Positions 12,962 to 26,238 of a stretch of 58,595 nucleotides of DNA are shown here, piece by piece (position 1 is the first letter of the stretch; every line of letters starts with the position of its first letter). The stretch covers positions 1 to 58,595 of the forward strand of contig JALJEE010000392.1 of the NCBI GenBank assembly GCA_023231475.1. Reading direction: 5' to 3'. The notes under the pieces are model-generated. The model made no database searches. It saw nothing but the letters and a program-made list of their open reading frames with translations, and was not told the origin of the DNA. The stretch comes from Seison nebaliae. Taxonomy: Eukaryota. Position numbers and translations under genes: made by a program.

Positions 12962-15832
12962 ATGGCAGGTATCAATAGTATCGTTCCTATGTGGAAGTTG
13001 CGAGAAGCGGCAGATAAAATAACGAATGTCGTAATGAATTATACGGAAGCTGAATGTAAAGTACGTGAGGCAACGAATGATGATGCTTGGGGTCCACACG
13101 GTGCCAATTTACATGAATTAGCTCAATTGACATTTTCTTATGAGAATTATAATGAAGTGATGGGAATGTTATGGAAACGATTGTTTCATGATAAAAAGAA
13201 TTGGAGACGAATATATAAAGCATTAATGGTATTGGAATATTTGGTGAAGAATGGAAGTGAGAAATGTGTGACATCAGCAAGACAACATTTGTATGATTTG
13301 AGAACGTTAAATAATTACACATGTCGTGATGAGAATGGTCGAGATCAAGGAATTAATGTGCGTCATCGAGTGAAAGATTTATTGACATTAATTCAAGATA
13401 TCGATCGTTTACGTGAAGAGAGAAAGAAAGCAAAAGTTACGAAAGATAAATATGTGGGAATTTCTTCGGAACAATCCGTCCATTCCACTCCCAATTATTA
13501 TCCTGATAATATCGATAATTACGAATATGTTGATGAAAATAAAATGTCCGATGACTTATCAATGAAACGAAGTCAATCTGCATTCGCCAATAACGATCCG
13601 TTCAGTCAAAATAATGGAAATCAAATTTCTAGTACATTCACCGAATTCAGAGATAAAGTTAAATCGATTGTCAATGACTCAATGGATGCGCCACCATCAG
13701 AAATTGTTACAGCAGCAGACGAGTTAAATATTTTTTTTTTATTATTATTTTTTTTTAATTTATTCAATTTTCAGTGAAAGAGAAGAATCAACATCCAATT
13801 ATAAAGGAGAAGATATTTTTAAGGTGAATATAACATTTTTCTTTCTCATTTATTTCCATGCTAAAAATGACTAATGATGATGTCTTATTATGATTATCTC
13901 TCAATCCATGCTCCATCAATTTATGCCATGAATGATGTATTATGTGATGTTATGCTAATTCACTTCAAACTTTTTTATTAGTCTTAATACTTTAGTCTTC
14001 CTCTCACAGAAGAAGAAATCTTCTTTTTTATTTGATGGGGAGGGTGAAATGAGTACGGTGTCTACTAATGTATTTTGGTAGTTTAATAATTATTCTTCAA
14101 TTATGTCGAATATCGTACAAATATTATCGTACAAATTATCTTCATATACTTCTTTCAAATCACCAATAACTTTCCTTTTAATTCTCTTTCAAAACTTTCA
14201 CCAATTTTCTTAACAATTTGCACATTCCACAATCGTCATTAGGAGACCGAATCGAACAATTATTTATCAGATCAAGCTTTTGACGAGAATCTTCCCGTTA
14301 ATCCATCAAATGACGAAGATGATGCTTTCTCACCAACCGATTATAAATCATTTGGGGAACGTCTTGGACGTAATATTCTCACTTCGATTAATGAGAAATT
14401 CAAAGATATTGGAATCAGTAAAACCATACCAACATCATTTATGGAAAATGGTCGATTGACATATGATCGAATGATGAAACCATATGACATCAAATTAAAT
14501 GGTTCTGCCAAAGAGAATCTTTCAGCATCAACATCATGTGTAGATGTGGAGCCTTTGTGGTTGTTAAAGAAAAATTCGAAAACTCGAACTGAAATGGATG
14601 GAATGATCAAACTGAACGGAAACGGTTATAAACATCATATGATCTCAACGAATGATGATGAAAATGAAGAAATCATACAATCCAACAATCATTGTACCTC
14701 ACCCGATTCATCACTAAATTTCGATTCTCCTCAAAAACATATCGACATCCAACAAGTAAGTCACACCAAACGGCACAATACTAATTTTTTTATTTCTCAA
14801 AATTTATTTGAAATTTTTTTTCTTCATTTCTTTTTCTTATTAACTATTAACAATAATAACAACAAACACAATAGACTAACATCTAATCTGAATTGATTTT
14901 GAACAATTTTCTAATAATATTTTGTTCTTTTCTCACACATTTCTCCAACAATAAATTTTTCTATTTTTTCTTTTTAACAGGAATTTCAAAGATCACGAAC
15001 TTTTAATGATTTCCGACAACCCGTTAGAAAAGTTCGACCATTATCGAATGAACGACCAAAGTTTATATTTTCATTCATAATTATTCGTAAAAGAAATTCT
15101 TTAATTTAACCTTTAATCTAGTCCACAATCGTCGAGAAAACATTCTGAAAAATCAGAAAATTCCAAAAAAATCAACAACAACAGCAACATTGCCCCAGAA
15201 GATGAATTTAGTGATTTTGTTGCAGCAAGAATAGAGAAACCGGATAAGGTGGAACCGATTATTGATTTTTTGGGACAAGATGACGTCCAACAACCACCAC
15301 AGAAAACCAATAACTTATTAATCGATGATCTATTGGATTTGAAATCGGATAATGAAAATAAATCACCAAACTTAACGGAAGATTTCTTTCAATCCAATTC
15401 ACCAAATCAACATATCTCCCAACCAAAACAACAAAATGTTTTATTTATTTTTTTCTTATTTTTCCACATATTTAAATTTTTATTCAGATGGTAAAACCAA
15501 ATAATCATCATCAACAAATTGATGATCTATTCTCATCAATGTCACTCACTTCTAATAAAAGTGATAATAAAATAAATTTTCAAGAGAATAATTCGGTGCA
15601 AAACAATCATAGCGACATAACCAATCAGTCATCCTCGATCGACGATCCAAAAGATATGTGGTCGTTGTTCGGTAACAAGATCAATATAAATATTGACAAC
15701 ATCTCTCCTCATTCGAAGGGAATTGAGAAACAAATATCTCCATCAATGCAACAAATTCAACAACAACGTCAGAAAAACTCTCAGAACTCTTTCAATGTCA
15801 ATTCTACGTTAACCCCTCAAAAGAAACCATAA
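12962..15832 (+). CDS. CLINT1: Clathrin interactor 1 / epsinR (ENTH domain); exons 12962-13722, 13775-13823, 14243-14755, 14981-15060, 15122-15437, 15488-15832 (687 aa; start could lie in an upstream exon)
   Basis: MWKLREAADKITNVVMNYTEAE.KVREATNDDAWGP...KNWRRIYKAL...DQGINVR...DRLREERKKAK..KDKYVGISS is the epsinR ENTH domain. DEFSDF is an AP-1 gamma-ear type motif. All junctions are GT-AG and in frame. Confidence 0.92.
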
Positions 15833-16544
15833 AGTCGAATCGACCACACATAAACTGCAATTCATTCTTTAAACACAAAAAAAAAAATGAAATATATTAA
15901 TTCACACAAATTAGTTCTTGTTCATTCTTTCTTATACATATTTCTACAAATAACAAATAGTGCAGCAAATTGTATTTTTTTGGGTTCGATAATTTTTATT
16001 TATTCTAAATTTTTTATTAAGATCTTAACCCGATTCTTTCTAAGTTTTCCCTCCTATATCCTTTTCAAAAACTTATTCAAACATTCTATTTGACAAAACA
16101 TTCTTCTCCGTTCAATAATTTCATTTCATTTCATTTTCCTTATAATATTCTACTCATCTTTGAAGTCGTCACATTTCTCAATTTGAATTATTTGAAAAAA
16201 CAAAAGTTTCGGCATTATCGATCGATTCAATTCAATTCCTTAAATTATTCACTCAAATACCGATTTTTTTTACCGTCCACATTCTAATTTAAAATATTTC
16301 CTCGTTCTTCTTTCATGAAACTATGTGACAATTCAAAGATTGAATTCCGTTTTGAATTGTGTAATACACGTTTAATAAATAAATATAAATGTTCAAAATT
16401 TCTTCGAAACTTCCAAATTCTTTTACTCATATTTAAGTCATAAAAATAATTGATTAAATTGATTAAAGATACGAAAAGAATAATTATATTAATATAAATT
16501 TGTTTGAAAAAATATAAAATGAAAAAACGGAAATACTATAAAGT

Positions 16545-17921
16545 TTATGAGAAATTCTGTTCAGTTTTATTTAGTGATTGAAGCATTTGTTGAACTACTC
16601 GTTTCGATGACGACTTTCTATTCATCATTCGTTGACAACTATTCTCATGACGTCCACGATTTCCTGATTGTGCGAATGTTTTCCCACAAAACTGACATTG
16701 ATGAGGTTTGTAATTATTGTGAATTCGTTGATGTTTATTCAAGATTGAGTAGTCTCCGAAACATTTCTTGCAAACGTCACATTCATATGGTTTCTCTTTC
16801 GTATGTACATAAATGTGATGCAACATGTTTGATCGTGCACCCAACACTTTAGGACATAAGGGACATGAATTACTTTTCATATTTGGACGGAGATGAATTG
16901 AATCGATATGGAGAATAAGTTGTCCCCATGTTTCACTGATAACTTTATAACATACACAATTATCCTCTCGACAATGACGGTCATCAGGTGCCATTGCTTC
17001 AGTTAATGATGCACCTGAATTTAGATAATTTTGAATCAATTTTAATAATTCTTCATTTGCTTCATTTGATGTTTGTTGAATCGAACTGGAATTGGTTAGA
17101 TATTGTTGATTATAAAATTGCCGATTATTCATATTGTGAATTTGCTTCGGATTATATAATTTACTAATCGTCGTTTCACCATTAGATATGCGACGACGTT
17201 TTCGAGGATTTATCGGAAGATTTGAATGATATTCTTCCTTTTTTATTTGTTGTTCTCCCATCAAATTTATTAAACTTTCTTTTACTTCATTATTTGGTAT
17301 TGATGTCAATTGTTGATGATTTGAAGAATAAGTTTTTTGAGAATTATTTGAATCATTCTCTCCAAAATATGACCAATTAGATTGTTCATCATTTGTTTTA
17401 TTTTTCGATGAATAATTAAATAAACTTTCAGATGAATTGATAAATTTGGAATAATTTTGATTTCCATCTTCCACTGATGATGATGTTGAAGATGATTGAA
17501 ATGGATTCAAATGTAATTCATTTTCTATTGGCGATATATTAAAACTGAATTCATTTAAATCATAGTATGATGGTTGATGTATAGTTGTAGGATCCATAAA
17601 CAATTGATTCATCTTCATATCGTCACAATTGTATGATAATGACGACATCAGATCATTATTGGCATTATAAACGTCATTCATTTTTTTTCTTCTTATGAAA
17701 AAGTCACACAAGTGGAGAAATAATTCAACTTTTGAAAGTTCGGAATATTTTCGTTTTTTTGGAGATGGAGTTATATCGGACTGATATCCTGATTCACTAT
17801 CACTGACCACAATTTCTTCTTGACTTTCAACTTGGAGGATATGTGAATCTTGGAAATCCTTTCCTTTATCATTTATATGGGATTCATTCGAAGAAATCAT
17901 TTCTCGATTATTTTTCATCAA
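16545..17921 (-). CDS. C2H2 zinc-finger transcription factor with glass-like recognition helices; true start uncertain
   Basis: Three linked fingers (HTKEKPYEC, HNNYKPHQC linkers; the last ends C2HC) plus one atypical finger. FGDYSILNKHQRIH and FAQSGNRGRH resemble glass fingers 4-5. Confidence 0.85.
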   Translation of the reverse strand: MMKNNREMISSNESHINDKGKDFQDSHILQVESQEEIVVSDSESGYQSDITPSPKKRKYSELSKVELFLHLCDFFIRRKKMNDVYNANNDLMSSLSYNCDDMKMNQLFMDPTTIHQPSYYDLNEFSFNISPIENELHLNPFQSSSTSSSVEDGNQNYSKFINSSESLFNYSSKNKTNDEQSNWSYFGENDSNNSQKTYSSNHQQLTSIPNNEVKESLINLMGEQQIKKEEYHSNLPINPRKRRRISNGETTISKLYNPKQIHNMNNRQFYNQQYLTNSSSIQQTSNEANEELLKLIQNYLNSGASLTEAMAPDDRHCREDNCVCYKVISETWGQLILHIDSIHLRPNMKSNSCPLCPKVLGARSNMLHHIYVHTKEKPYECDVCKKCFGDYSILNKHQRIHNNYKPHQCQFCGKTFAQSGNRGRHENSCQRMMNRKSSSKRVVQQMLQSLNKTEQNFS

Positions 17922-18354
17922 TTCAAACTCGTTCGATTATCAGAGTGCAAATGTTTTAATGTGTGAAATGATACTAGACAAGTGAGTTTAAATATAAGAA
18001 ACGTATGAGATCATGATTTCAAAAAACCGCCAGAACTTCCAGTAGCGATAGAAGCTAGATCGGCACATTGAAGACATGCTCAACACAAATTATTTCAATT
18101 AATTGTTTCGTTTTACAAATAATCTATAAAAGAATTCGGCGTACGAGATAAATTGCACGGAATTTTGTAGAGAAATTAGTAAATTCCAAATAGTAAAGTA
18201 GAGACAAATGGCGGACCGCAAATTGTCTTCTTGATCGTCAAACTTCCTCAAAACCGACCAATACTATGTTACATATCCGATAAGAATGGACATGGTAAAA
18301 ATTAAAAAAAATGATATTCCGAAAAATTTGAATTGGATATGAATTGTAGAAATT

Positions 18355-19047
18355 TTATTTAAAATATAATTTATCATATTTTAAGGGTTTGTAATTAGGC
18401 AATACCTTTCGAGAGTTCTGTGAATTAATGATTTTATGTTGTTCCTGAAACAATGAGTTATATGGATTATTTTCCATACTTTTTGACGCATCACTCATGT
18501 CACAATAGAATGGAATACAATTGCGAGGTTTGGGAACGCATTTATATGTGGGTGGACATTTTGATGTTTTTCTCGGAGATTTACTTCTCTTTTTAGGTGC
18601 GTGTCGTCCTTTGGTTGCTTGGGCAGTTTGCACCCAAACATCAGATTCTGTCATTAAACAATCCTCGATTTCTTGCTCTAATGGATCATTACATTGAGGT
18701 TTTTTGCCAGTTGCGGTACAGTTGGATAAACGGAAAATAAATTGTACAATCATTTCACATAATTGATAAAAGTATTTATAAGAGAATTGTATCAATAAAT
18801 CCATCAAATTCAATAAACCTGTCAATTTATTACAACAGGATGGGAAATTGATTTCCTCTTTTTTTGACGTGCAACATTTTTTCGCTTTCTTACAACAACA
18901 CGAATTAAGAGGAGGATGAGTTTTGGTGCAAATGTGAAGGAAATCTTGGAAGAAAATTAAGACGGTTAATACCAATTCCGACATCTTCCCTATTGTATAA
19001 AAAGCAGCATAAAGACTGATTGAGATAAGAAAAATATAATAATACAT
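18355..19047 (-). CDS. Orphan Cys/Lys-rich protein with a hydrophobic N-terminus (230 aa)
   Basis: Uninterrupted 693-nt ORF in very AT-rich DNA; N-terminal hydrophobic segments; SCCCKKAKKCC cluster. No family recognised. Confidence 0.65.
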   Translation of the reverse strand: MYYYIFLISISLYAAFYTIGKMSELVLTVLIFFQDFLHICTKTHPPLNSCCCKKAKKCCTSKKEEINFPSCCNKLTGLLNLMDLLIQFSYKYFYQLCEMIVQFIFRLSNCTATGKKPQCNDPLEQEIEDCLMTESDVWVQTAQATKGRHAPKKRSKSPRKTSKCPPTYKCVPKPRNCIPFYCDMSDASKSMENNPYNSLFQEQHKIINSQNSRKVLPNYKPLKYDKLYFK

Positions 19048-19387
19048 CAGGAATAAATAAAATTAAATAGAATTAAACGAAAAAAATTAGTGAGAGAGAA
19101 TTTAAGTTAAAGCAGTTTCACTTTCCCGTTTTTCTTTTACTTCCAACTTTAGATATTTTTCACTCAATTTTTATTAAATTTCTATAAACTAGTCAAATAA
19201 GAGTAATTATGATTTATTTGGATGACAATATAAATTTGAAAAAAAAATTGAATTTATATTGCGAGATATAATAAATACAAAATTTCCAAAACAACTTTAT
19301 TGGAAATTATTAAAACTTTATACGAATATGGAGAAGGAGAAATAAGTACAAATAAAAAATAATAAGATAAAGAAAAAGGAGCTTCTC

Positions 19388-21775
19388 TCAGGAAGCCATA
19401 TCGGTCATGAGGGCTCCGTATTTCATAATGAAATCCTTAAACTGATTAGTCATTTGAGGATCGATTTGAGATAACGAATTATTCTCTTTTAAACTCTTCA
19501 TAAAATCAGTTGTCGACTGATTGTTTAGTGGTGGTTGGGACGAGGAGTTCTGATTCGATTTTTGTTCTTTCGGTCGATTATTATCCAAATGAAATTCTTT
19601 CATTACTTGATTACTAAAATCCAATGCATTTATTCCATAATTATTAATATTATTATTATTATTATTAGAAGTCATGTTGTTGTTGTTGTTGTTATTATTA
19701 TTATTGTTATTATTATTGTTGTTATTGGTGTTATTAGTATTATTGTTGTTGTTAATATATTCATTGCAATTGGCAATAGATGTGGTAGATGATTGAGAAG
19801 TAATGAAATCCATGGCGTTATTAGCGAGAGTTTGAAGAATTTTCGAATTTGATTTATTTGTGGACGGAGGTTGTTTGTCTTTTTTAGCTTTCGCTTTCCT
19901 AACCGTTTTTCTTGTAACCGCTGGTTTTTCAATAATTTCTGGTGTTCTGTTTTGTGTTAAATGCTTATTCTGAGGGAGTGCTGTATTAGGATCATGTTCG
20001 AATTGGCCAGTCGTATAATTAAATAGACTACCCGTCAATAAAGTTTGAGGAGGTTTAAATTCCTGAGATTGAGGTGGAAATTTTGATGATGTTGAAACAT
20101 GACCTAAAGTTGGAGTGAAATTATCAATTTCATTCAATTGTCTCATATTCGGATTGACATTTCCATTGATGATATTGGACGTTGGTGGATAGAAAGCTTG
20201 ATTGTTATTAATATTATTCACGAGATTATTATGATTTACAAATCCATTGGAAGAAGTTTCTATTTCCTTCTTCACATTCCACAAAGATGCTTGAGAGGGC
20301 GTTGGAACGGATATCGATACATTTGTCGAAGGAGCAGAATAAGAATTATTCGGATTTATTTGACTATTCGACTGGAGAGTCGAAAGTGATTGTAGTAACA
20401 TTTGTTGTAAATTATTACCAATCGAATTATTTCCATTCAAATCTTTTGACGGATCGACATTCTCTTGAGAAAACATATTATTATTATTATTATTACCACA
20501 AGCAGATGATAATTGTGTTAAGAAATTAGATAATATCTGATTGTTATTCAATTGATTATCATTTGGTGGAACGGTGACACCATTCTCTTGTTTTAGTTCG
20601 ATTTGATTGTTATAAACATTCGTTGTTGTGTTAGAAATGTTCGAAGTTTGATTTTCTGTTGGACTTCTATTTTCATTATCCGATGGACAACTCTTTGGAA
20701 CTTCTTTTTCAACAATCGATGATTTTCTCGACATTGTTAAAGAATCTTTAATTTTCCCTTTTCGTTGTTTAGGCGTTTTCGTCGGTTTTCCTTCATTTTG
20801 CATACACCTCTTCAACGGTTTCATTTTACTTTTAACGTTTTTCTTATTCGTTTTCATATTGTTGTTATCATCATTAACATGTGTCTCCGGTTTGTTTAAT
20901 TGTTCACAATTATTGTCAGGAAGCATTGGAACATCTTCCACAGTGCCACTTACAACATTTGAGTTAACGGGCAAAAATGTTGATGTATCCGATGTACCAG
21001 GAGTCTGTTCTATATTCTCTGATTCCTTTGTTACTTTTGGAGATAACGAAATAGATAAATTTTCTGATTTTTCTTGTATATTTGACGATATATCATTTAA
21101 TGATGTGATACAATTATTCATATTGTGATTTTCTTTAGTTGTCTGTGTTATTGATATTGAAACATTGGTATTTGAAGATGTTGATATTGAATCTTTATTA
21201 TTCTCTATTTTTGTTTGATCGATTGTTGAATTCATAAAATGTTTATTCGCATTCTTTTTCTTCTTTCTCAATTTAATTCCATAACAATGTCTCATACATT
21301 GTCGAGAACATTTAACATCGAATTCGATAAAGAATCCTTCCTTTCCATCATGTATTATCATTTCCGGTTTATCGGAACTATTCTGCGTTCTTGTCACGAT
21401 ACTTTCTAACGTTTCATTGTCCCAATCAAAACATTCTTCATTGTGCCGTAGAATTATATCATCGATATCTGGCAAAGACATTTTCAATCGAATATATTTC
21501 TTCAATATTTTGACAGGTGTCGATCGCTGCAATTCGATACATTTCACCTTGGAATATGTATGATATTTTCCAGATTGTGAGTTGAATCCTTTATCACGAA
21601 TATTACTGATGCGTGAACGATATTGGATGAATATCACAAGGGAATTCGTCATAGTCGATGATGTTGATGATGCATTTGATGAATTTGAAGATAATGATAA
21701 TGGGGTCGCCTCTGATGTGGATGATAAGAGAGGCATCATATTTTCGATATGATTTGGAAATGGTCCAATTACCAT
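19388..21775 (-). CDS. RAWUL (PCGF-type ubiquitin-like) domain protein with long Asn/Ser/Gln-rich tail and no RING finger (795 aa)
   Basis: 2388-nt ORF. KVKCIELQRSTPVKILKKYIRLKMSLPDIDDIILRHNEECFDWDNETLESIV resembles the PCGF RAWUL core (R...C....TV.HLKKFI..KL.L....ELDILCNEE.L..D.TL). Confidence 0.75.
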   Translation of the reverse strand: MVIGPFPNHIENMMPLLSSTSEATPLSLSSNSSNASSTSSTMTNSLVIFIQYRSRISNIRDKGFNSQSGKYHTYSKVKCIELQRSTPVKILKKYIRLKMSLPDIDDIILRHNEECFDWDNETLESIVTRTQNSSDKPEMIIHDGKEGFFIEFDVKCSRQCMRHCYGIKLRKKKKNANKHFMNSTIDQTKIENNKDSISTSSNTNVSISITQTTKENHNMNNCITSLNDISSNIQEKSENLSISLSPKVTKESENIEQTPGTSDTSTFLPVNSNVVSGTVEDVPMLPDNNCEQLNKPETHVNDDNNNMKTNKKNVKSKMKPLKRCMQNEGKPTKTPKQRKGKIKDSLTMSRKSSIVEKEVPKSCPSDNENRSPTENQTSNISNTTTNVYNNQIELKQENGVTVPPNDNQLNNNQILSNFLTQLSSACGNNNNNNMFSQENVDPSKDLNGNNSIGNNLQQMLLQSLSTLQSNSQINPNNSYSAPSTNVSISVPTPSQASLWNVKKEIETSSNGFVNHNNLVNNINNNQAFYPPTSNIINGNVNPNMRQLNEIDNFTPTLGHVSTSSKFPPQSQEFKPPQTLLTGSLFNYTTGQFEHDPNTALPQNKHLTQNRTPEIIEKPAVTRKTVRKAKAKKDKQPPSTNKSNSKILQTLANNAMDFITSQSSTTSIANCNEYINNNNNTNNTNNNNNNNNNNNNNNNNNMTSNNNNNNINNYGINALDFSNQVMKEFHLDNNRPKEQKSNQNSSSQPPLNNQSTTDFMKSLKENNSLSQIDPQMTNQFKDFIMKYGALMTDMAS

Positions 21776-24700
21776 TATTCCCAGAAATTTCTATCTATTG
21801 AAATAGTAGTAAAAAAATGATTTCAAAATTTAGATATAAAAAAAATTAAGACAAAAAATAAAATAATGTTATGTAATTCTCCAAATGAAATTATAAACAA
21901 CATCGAAATAATTCTGTTTAGACAAGATTAATCCTTTTCCCACCGAATAACGGACAGAATGTTAGAAACGGAAAAATAAAATATACTGTTAATTTGATAA
22001 ATTTACTGATTCATTATTATTTGATTATTTTCCATTTTTTTTTCATACAATGTATTATTTGAACATTTAAATGTGAAAACATAGAATATATTCCATTTTG
22101 ATAGAATAAGTTTCCCTTCAAAACGAAGGAAAGAATACGTTATGTCCATTATGGTTATAAACATGATTTGTTTATTCGCAATTTGTAAGAATAATAAATC
22201 CGTTATCTTTCCGTCATATTCCTCGTCAATCGTGAGGACTATATTGAACTCCTCTATTTACAAACTATTACTAAAGGGAAGAAGAATGAATGTCATTATC
22301 ATATTTTATCGTATCTTACTCTCATTAACTACTTAATGGAAATGTCCAATCCTTCAAATAACGATCGTCATCGGTTAACTGAAAAGGGCGCGATGGTGAA
22401 GATGAATGTGGAAAAGGAGAGTTGAAGAATGAAAAAAGATATGAAGCAAAAGAGATAGCTCCTTCCTTCTCACATGAAGATACGTTCGACCAGCGGAGGT
22501 AAAGAGAATTGCCCCGATGAAAAAATGGGGAGACGAAGAATGAAAAGAAAGAAATTTTTCCATTTACTTTTCTCCCATTCTCCTTATGTCGATTCTCTCT
22601 CCTAAACATTTGGGCTCGTTCTCTCCATACCATCCAAACCACATTGAGTGGAAGGAAATTATTCATTTCTTTATTATCATGTTCGCCATCAAATTTCTTT
22701 TCCGTAGTCACCTCCATCTCGTTTGGAATGACCATCTCATCTATCCTTCTTATTTTCCTTTAAAACTGAAGAATAACATCCGAAAAGAACAAATCAAATG
22801 AAGAAAATGGAAACATGTGAAGTGCAGCCGTGAATTAATACCCTACGGTCCATTCACAATCGAGTGAGTGTGGCTGAAAGGAAAATTTCCATGAATGTTA
22901 GAGAGTAAATATTAAACGAATTAGAAAGAGAAGATATAATTTACATTGTAGTTATCCATTAATAAAATGAATAAATTCCTTCGAATAATTCCGTCCATAG
23001 GCAGGATATGGAGGGGTGGAAGAGGGTCATTCACACTCAACCACAAACGATCATCTCACACTCACACAAACAATTGTTGATGAAAGAACCCAATGGAAAT
23101 CCTAATGGTCATCAAAAGTTCCGAAGAAGAAAGCTGACACGTTCGCTTAATATAAATTCGATGGACATACATACGCCAAATTGTCATCTCTTCACTAAAC
23201 AAAATGTATACTAAACCAATGATTGCACTCCCCACCCAACTGCCCCGCAAAACTCCAGGGTGGTCATTCAACCAAAATTTAGAACATATCTTCTTCTCCT
23301 CACAAGTGAAGTACTTCACTTATTAAAAATGAATTATCATAATTGGAAGTAAACTACTTGGAATTATCTACTTGAAATAAAGGCACGATTGCGTTGAGAA
23401 GGACAGTTATGCGAACATTGAACTTTCAAACAATTTCCTCAAGATCTTCCTTTTATATAAACTATAATAATAAAAAATAAAAAATAACTAAATAATTAAT
23501 TCACTCAATTAATTCCGGACAAACATTCTAATGAATTCATTATCTTCCATAGGAAATCTGTTTAGTCAGCCCATTTCCCAATTAGTATTCAGTTGAGCGA
23601 TGTGAAATCCGATTGAGAGATGTGGAAAATTAAATCTTCATATTGGCTAATCCAACTAATTCGTCATTCACTCTTCCTTCTCTCCGATAACTCCCTAAAT
23701 AAATAACAAGATTAAATTTATTTCTAGTTCTATCTAATTCCAATATATATTTATTTGTAGCATAATTTACTGTGAAAACGGTTGTGATTATTCTGAAGAT
23801 AACGATCAACTAAATAAACAGTGTATGCTTAATCTACTAAATCTTCTTCCAAAAAATGATAATGGTCAACGTCATTTATCTTCTTCTTTTCTTCTCCTAA
23901 CAGAATTGTTGGACAATTATTTCTCTTGGTTATTAAAGGTAGTTGAGAACATAAGAAATGTTGTAATTGACGTTTTCCTTTTTGGTAGGAAAGGTGTGAA
24001 AAATAAAACGTTAAATTCTATTCTATTCTTTTCTTTTCTAGCACAGTAGTGTAGGATAATATTTGAGTGAGAATCGATTGGAAGAACATCAACGTATTGA
24101 CTGATGAAGTGTGAATTTTGTATTAGCGATAACATTCTCCACTTGCTTATTCTTTCCTTGGTGTATGAGTAGATAAACTGTTAGTAGTAGTCGACCGAAC
24201 CCTGTAAGACGCAAAAATTCCGTCTATCGATTTCAATGGTGCATAAAACTCAAAGTAACACCTGATGAGAATAGGTTCTCTTTCCTAAAAGCGGTAATTG
24301 AATTATAAATATTTTGTTACAATTGATGAAGAGAAAAGTGCAAATTTATGTTTGACATATGTCCATTAGAGTGGTAGGTTTAGAGTAAAAATCCAGTTAA
24401 TAAGATGATGAATAGCCGAAAATATCGGATTTGATTGGTTTCCCATTTTACGATGGAGAAAACTTACAAGTGAAGTTCATCTAAACGATAATTATCGTTT
24501 AGAGGTGTTGACAATCAAAAAGATAATGATATCTTATCGTCGGTCATCATTTCCGACAATTCCAATTTTAAATCTCTCCTAATTCTTTATTTGTTTCGTC
24601 GCTCTATTTACTTAGGCGACTAGAGAAATTTGATTCTTCCGTTTTATGCAAAATACGTTTTCGTACTCGCAAGACGAAAATACAATCCTAATTACCTTCA

Positions 24701-25151
24701 AAATTTCCAACATTCTTCACTATCTTAAGTGACATGATATCGGATACAAAAGCGAAGAAATTATTAGGAAATTTTCATCGTAAATCAAGTCCCTAATTCT
24801 TTTTCTGTCAACCACTGAGAAATTATTTAACCAATTCAAAATTAGTTAAACTTCATTTCGGACCATGGAACGTCAAATCGAATACAAGAAAAATTCCCAT
24901 CTTTTTTGATTTACATTAATAATTTTTGTATGCGAAATTTACATAAATTGTTAATTAAATATAAATCATTTTTAGATTACCGCTAGAATTTAATAAAGTT
25001 TCTAAATTCTATTCCGATGAAACGTTAGAACTGAAGCAGCTGACAAAATGATGAATCATTTTATTTGCATTCAATGATGATTTATAATCAATCTTCTTCT
25101 CAAACTCAATTATTTTCTTTCTCGCAAATATTTAACGATGAATCATCATTG

Positions 25152-25712
25152 AGTCCAGGGCATTTGGTGGACAGGACTATTTGGTAGATCGACCATTTGA
25201 TAGACTCCGTATGCAAAATACAGTTATGTATATCTTTTTGATATTTTCTTTTTTGACATTGAAACTACACCAAATTTATGGATTATTTAAAAATATTATT
25301 GATTTTTGATTTTTTTTTGATTTTTGATTGATATCGTACACTAATATATCATTAAAAATATCCTAATGGGCACCATTAGATTGAGAAGAAAAAATACTTC
25401 GAGAATATACGTCCTTTTATGATGTCAGTCTTTGCCTAACTAACTAAATTTGAAAGACCAACTGTCACCGAACCGATTTATTTTGTGATTATGGTTCTTA
25501 TAATTATAATAAAATATTCACCTATAATATATTATCTAATAATTGATTAAAATAAAAAATTTAATTTAATAGTAATCTTATTTATAATGATACTAATCCA
25601 AAAATTTGGTGTAATTTCAATGTCGAAAAATAAAATATCAAAAGCATAAGAAAATTACATAATTGTATTTTCTATACAGAATCTACCAAATGTTGGGTCT
25701 ACCAAATCATCG
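25152..25712. mobile_element. Foldback/MITE element with roughly 120-130 bp imperfect terminal inverted repeats containing TTTGGTAGA subrepeats
   Basis: 25152-25285 is the reverse complement of 25592-25712 (e.g. taatcca.aaatttggtgta.tttcaatgtc...tctaccaaat). Same family as 55315-55541. Confidence 0.8.
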
Positions 25713-26238
25713 TTCGATGTTAAAGATAAAGGATTTTATTAAAAAAGAGTCACCTGTCGGATTGGAGATCAACATCCGATGTTATTTGATAACTAAAGAA
25801 TTCTAGTTAATTGTTGTCGTTTATCTTATCGTTTGATTGAAATTGATAATTGAAATTTGAAGTGTCAAATTATCTTGATCGTGAAGGTTGAAGGAATGTT
25901 AAAGTAAGAATTCGTATAAAATTTCTTTAAGTTTTATTTAAGGAACAAATGGAAACTTCAGTTAAAAACTTAATAAATAAATGAATAGAATGGAGAAATA
26001 ATATATGAAAGAAAGGGAAATCCGAGATTGGATTATCCTGAATAAATATAATAATTTGCAATGTTCAATATCACTGGATGAATGATGATTGAATTGAATG
26101 GTAGAATACAATCAGATAAAACGCACATAAATCCTGTACAAGTAAAGATCATGAAAGGAAAGAAAAATTTAAATAAATAAAAAGTCGATTGTCTTCGAAG
26201 AAGAGTTGTGTAGATGATGGAATAATGATTCCATTTAA

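Noticed and set aside
13723..13777. Phe/Ile-rich ORF tails as transmembrane anchors (also at 9000, 15438, 42617, 49056)
   Set aside because: They are read-through into T-rich introns.
22325..23319. ORFs as the missing RING exons of the RAWUL gene
   Set aside because: No C3HC4 pattern in the listed ORFs; composition looks like UTR or promoter.
24262..24295. Hammerhead ribozyme core CTGATGA
   Set aside because: No stem II followed by GAAA and no flanking stems.
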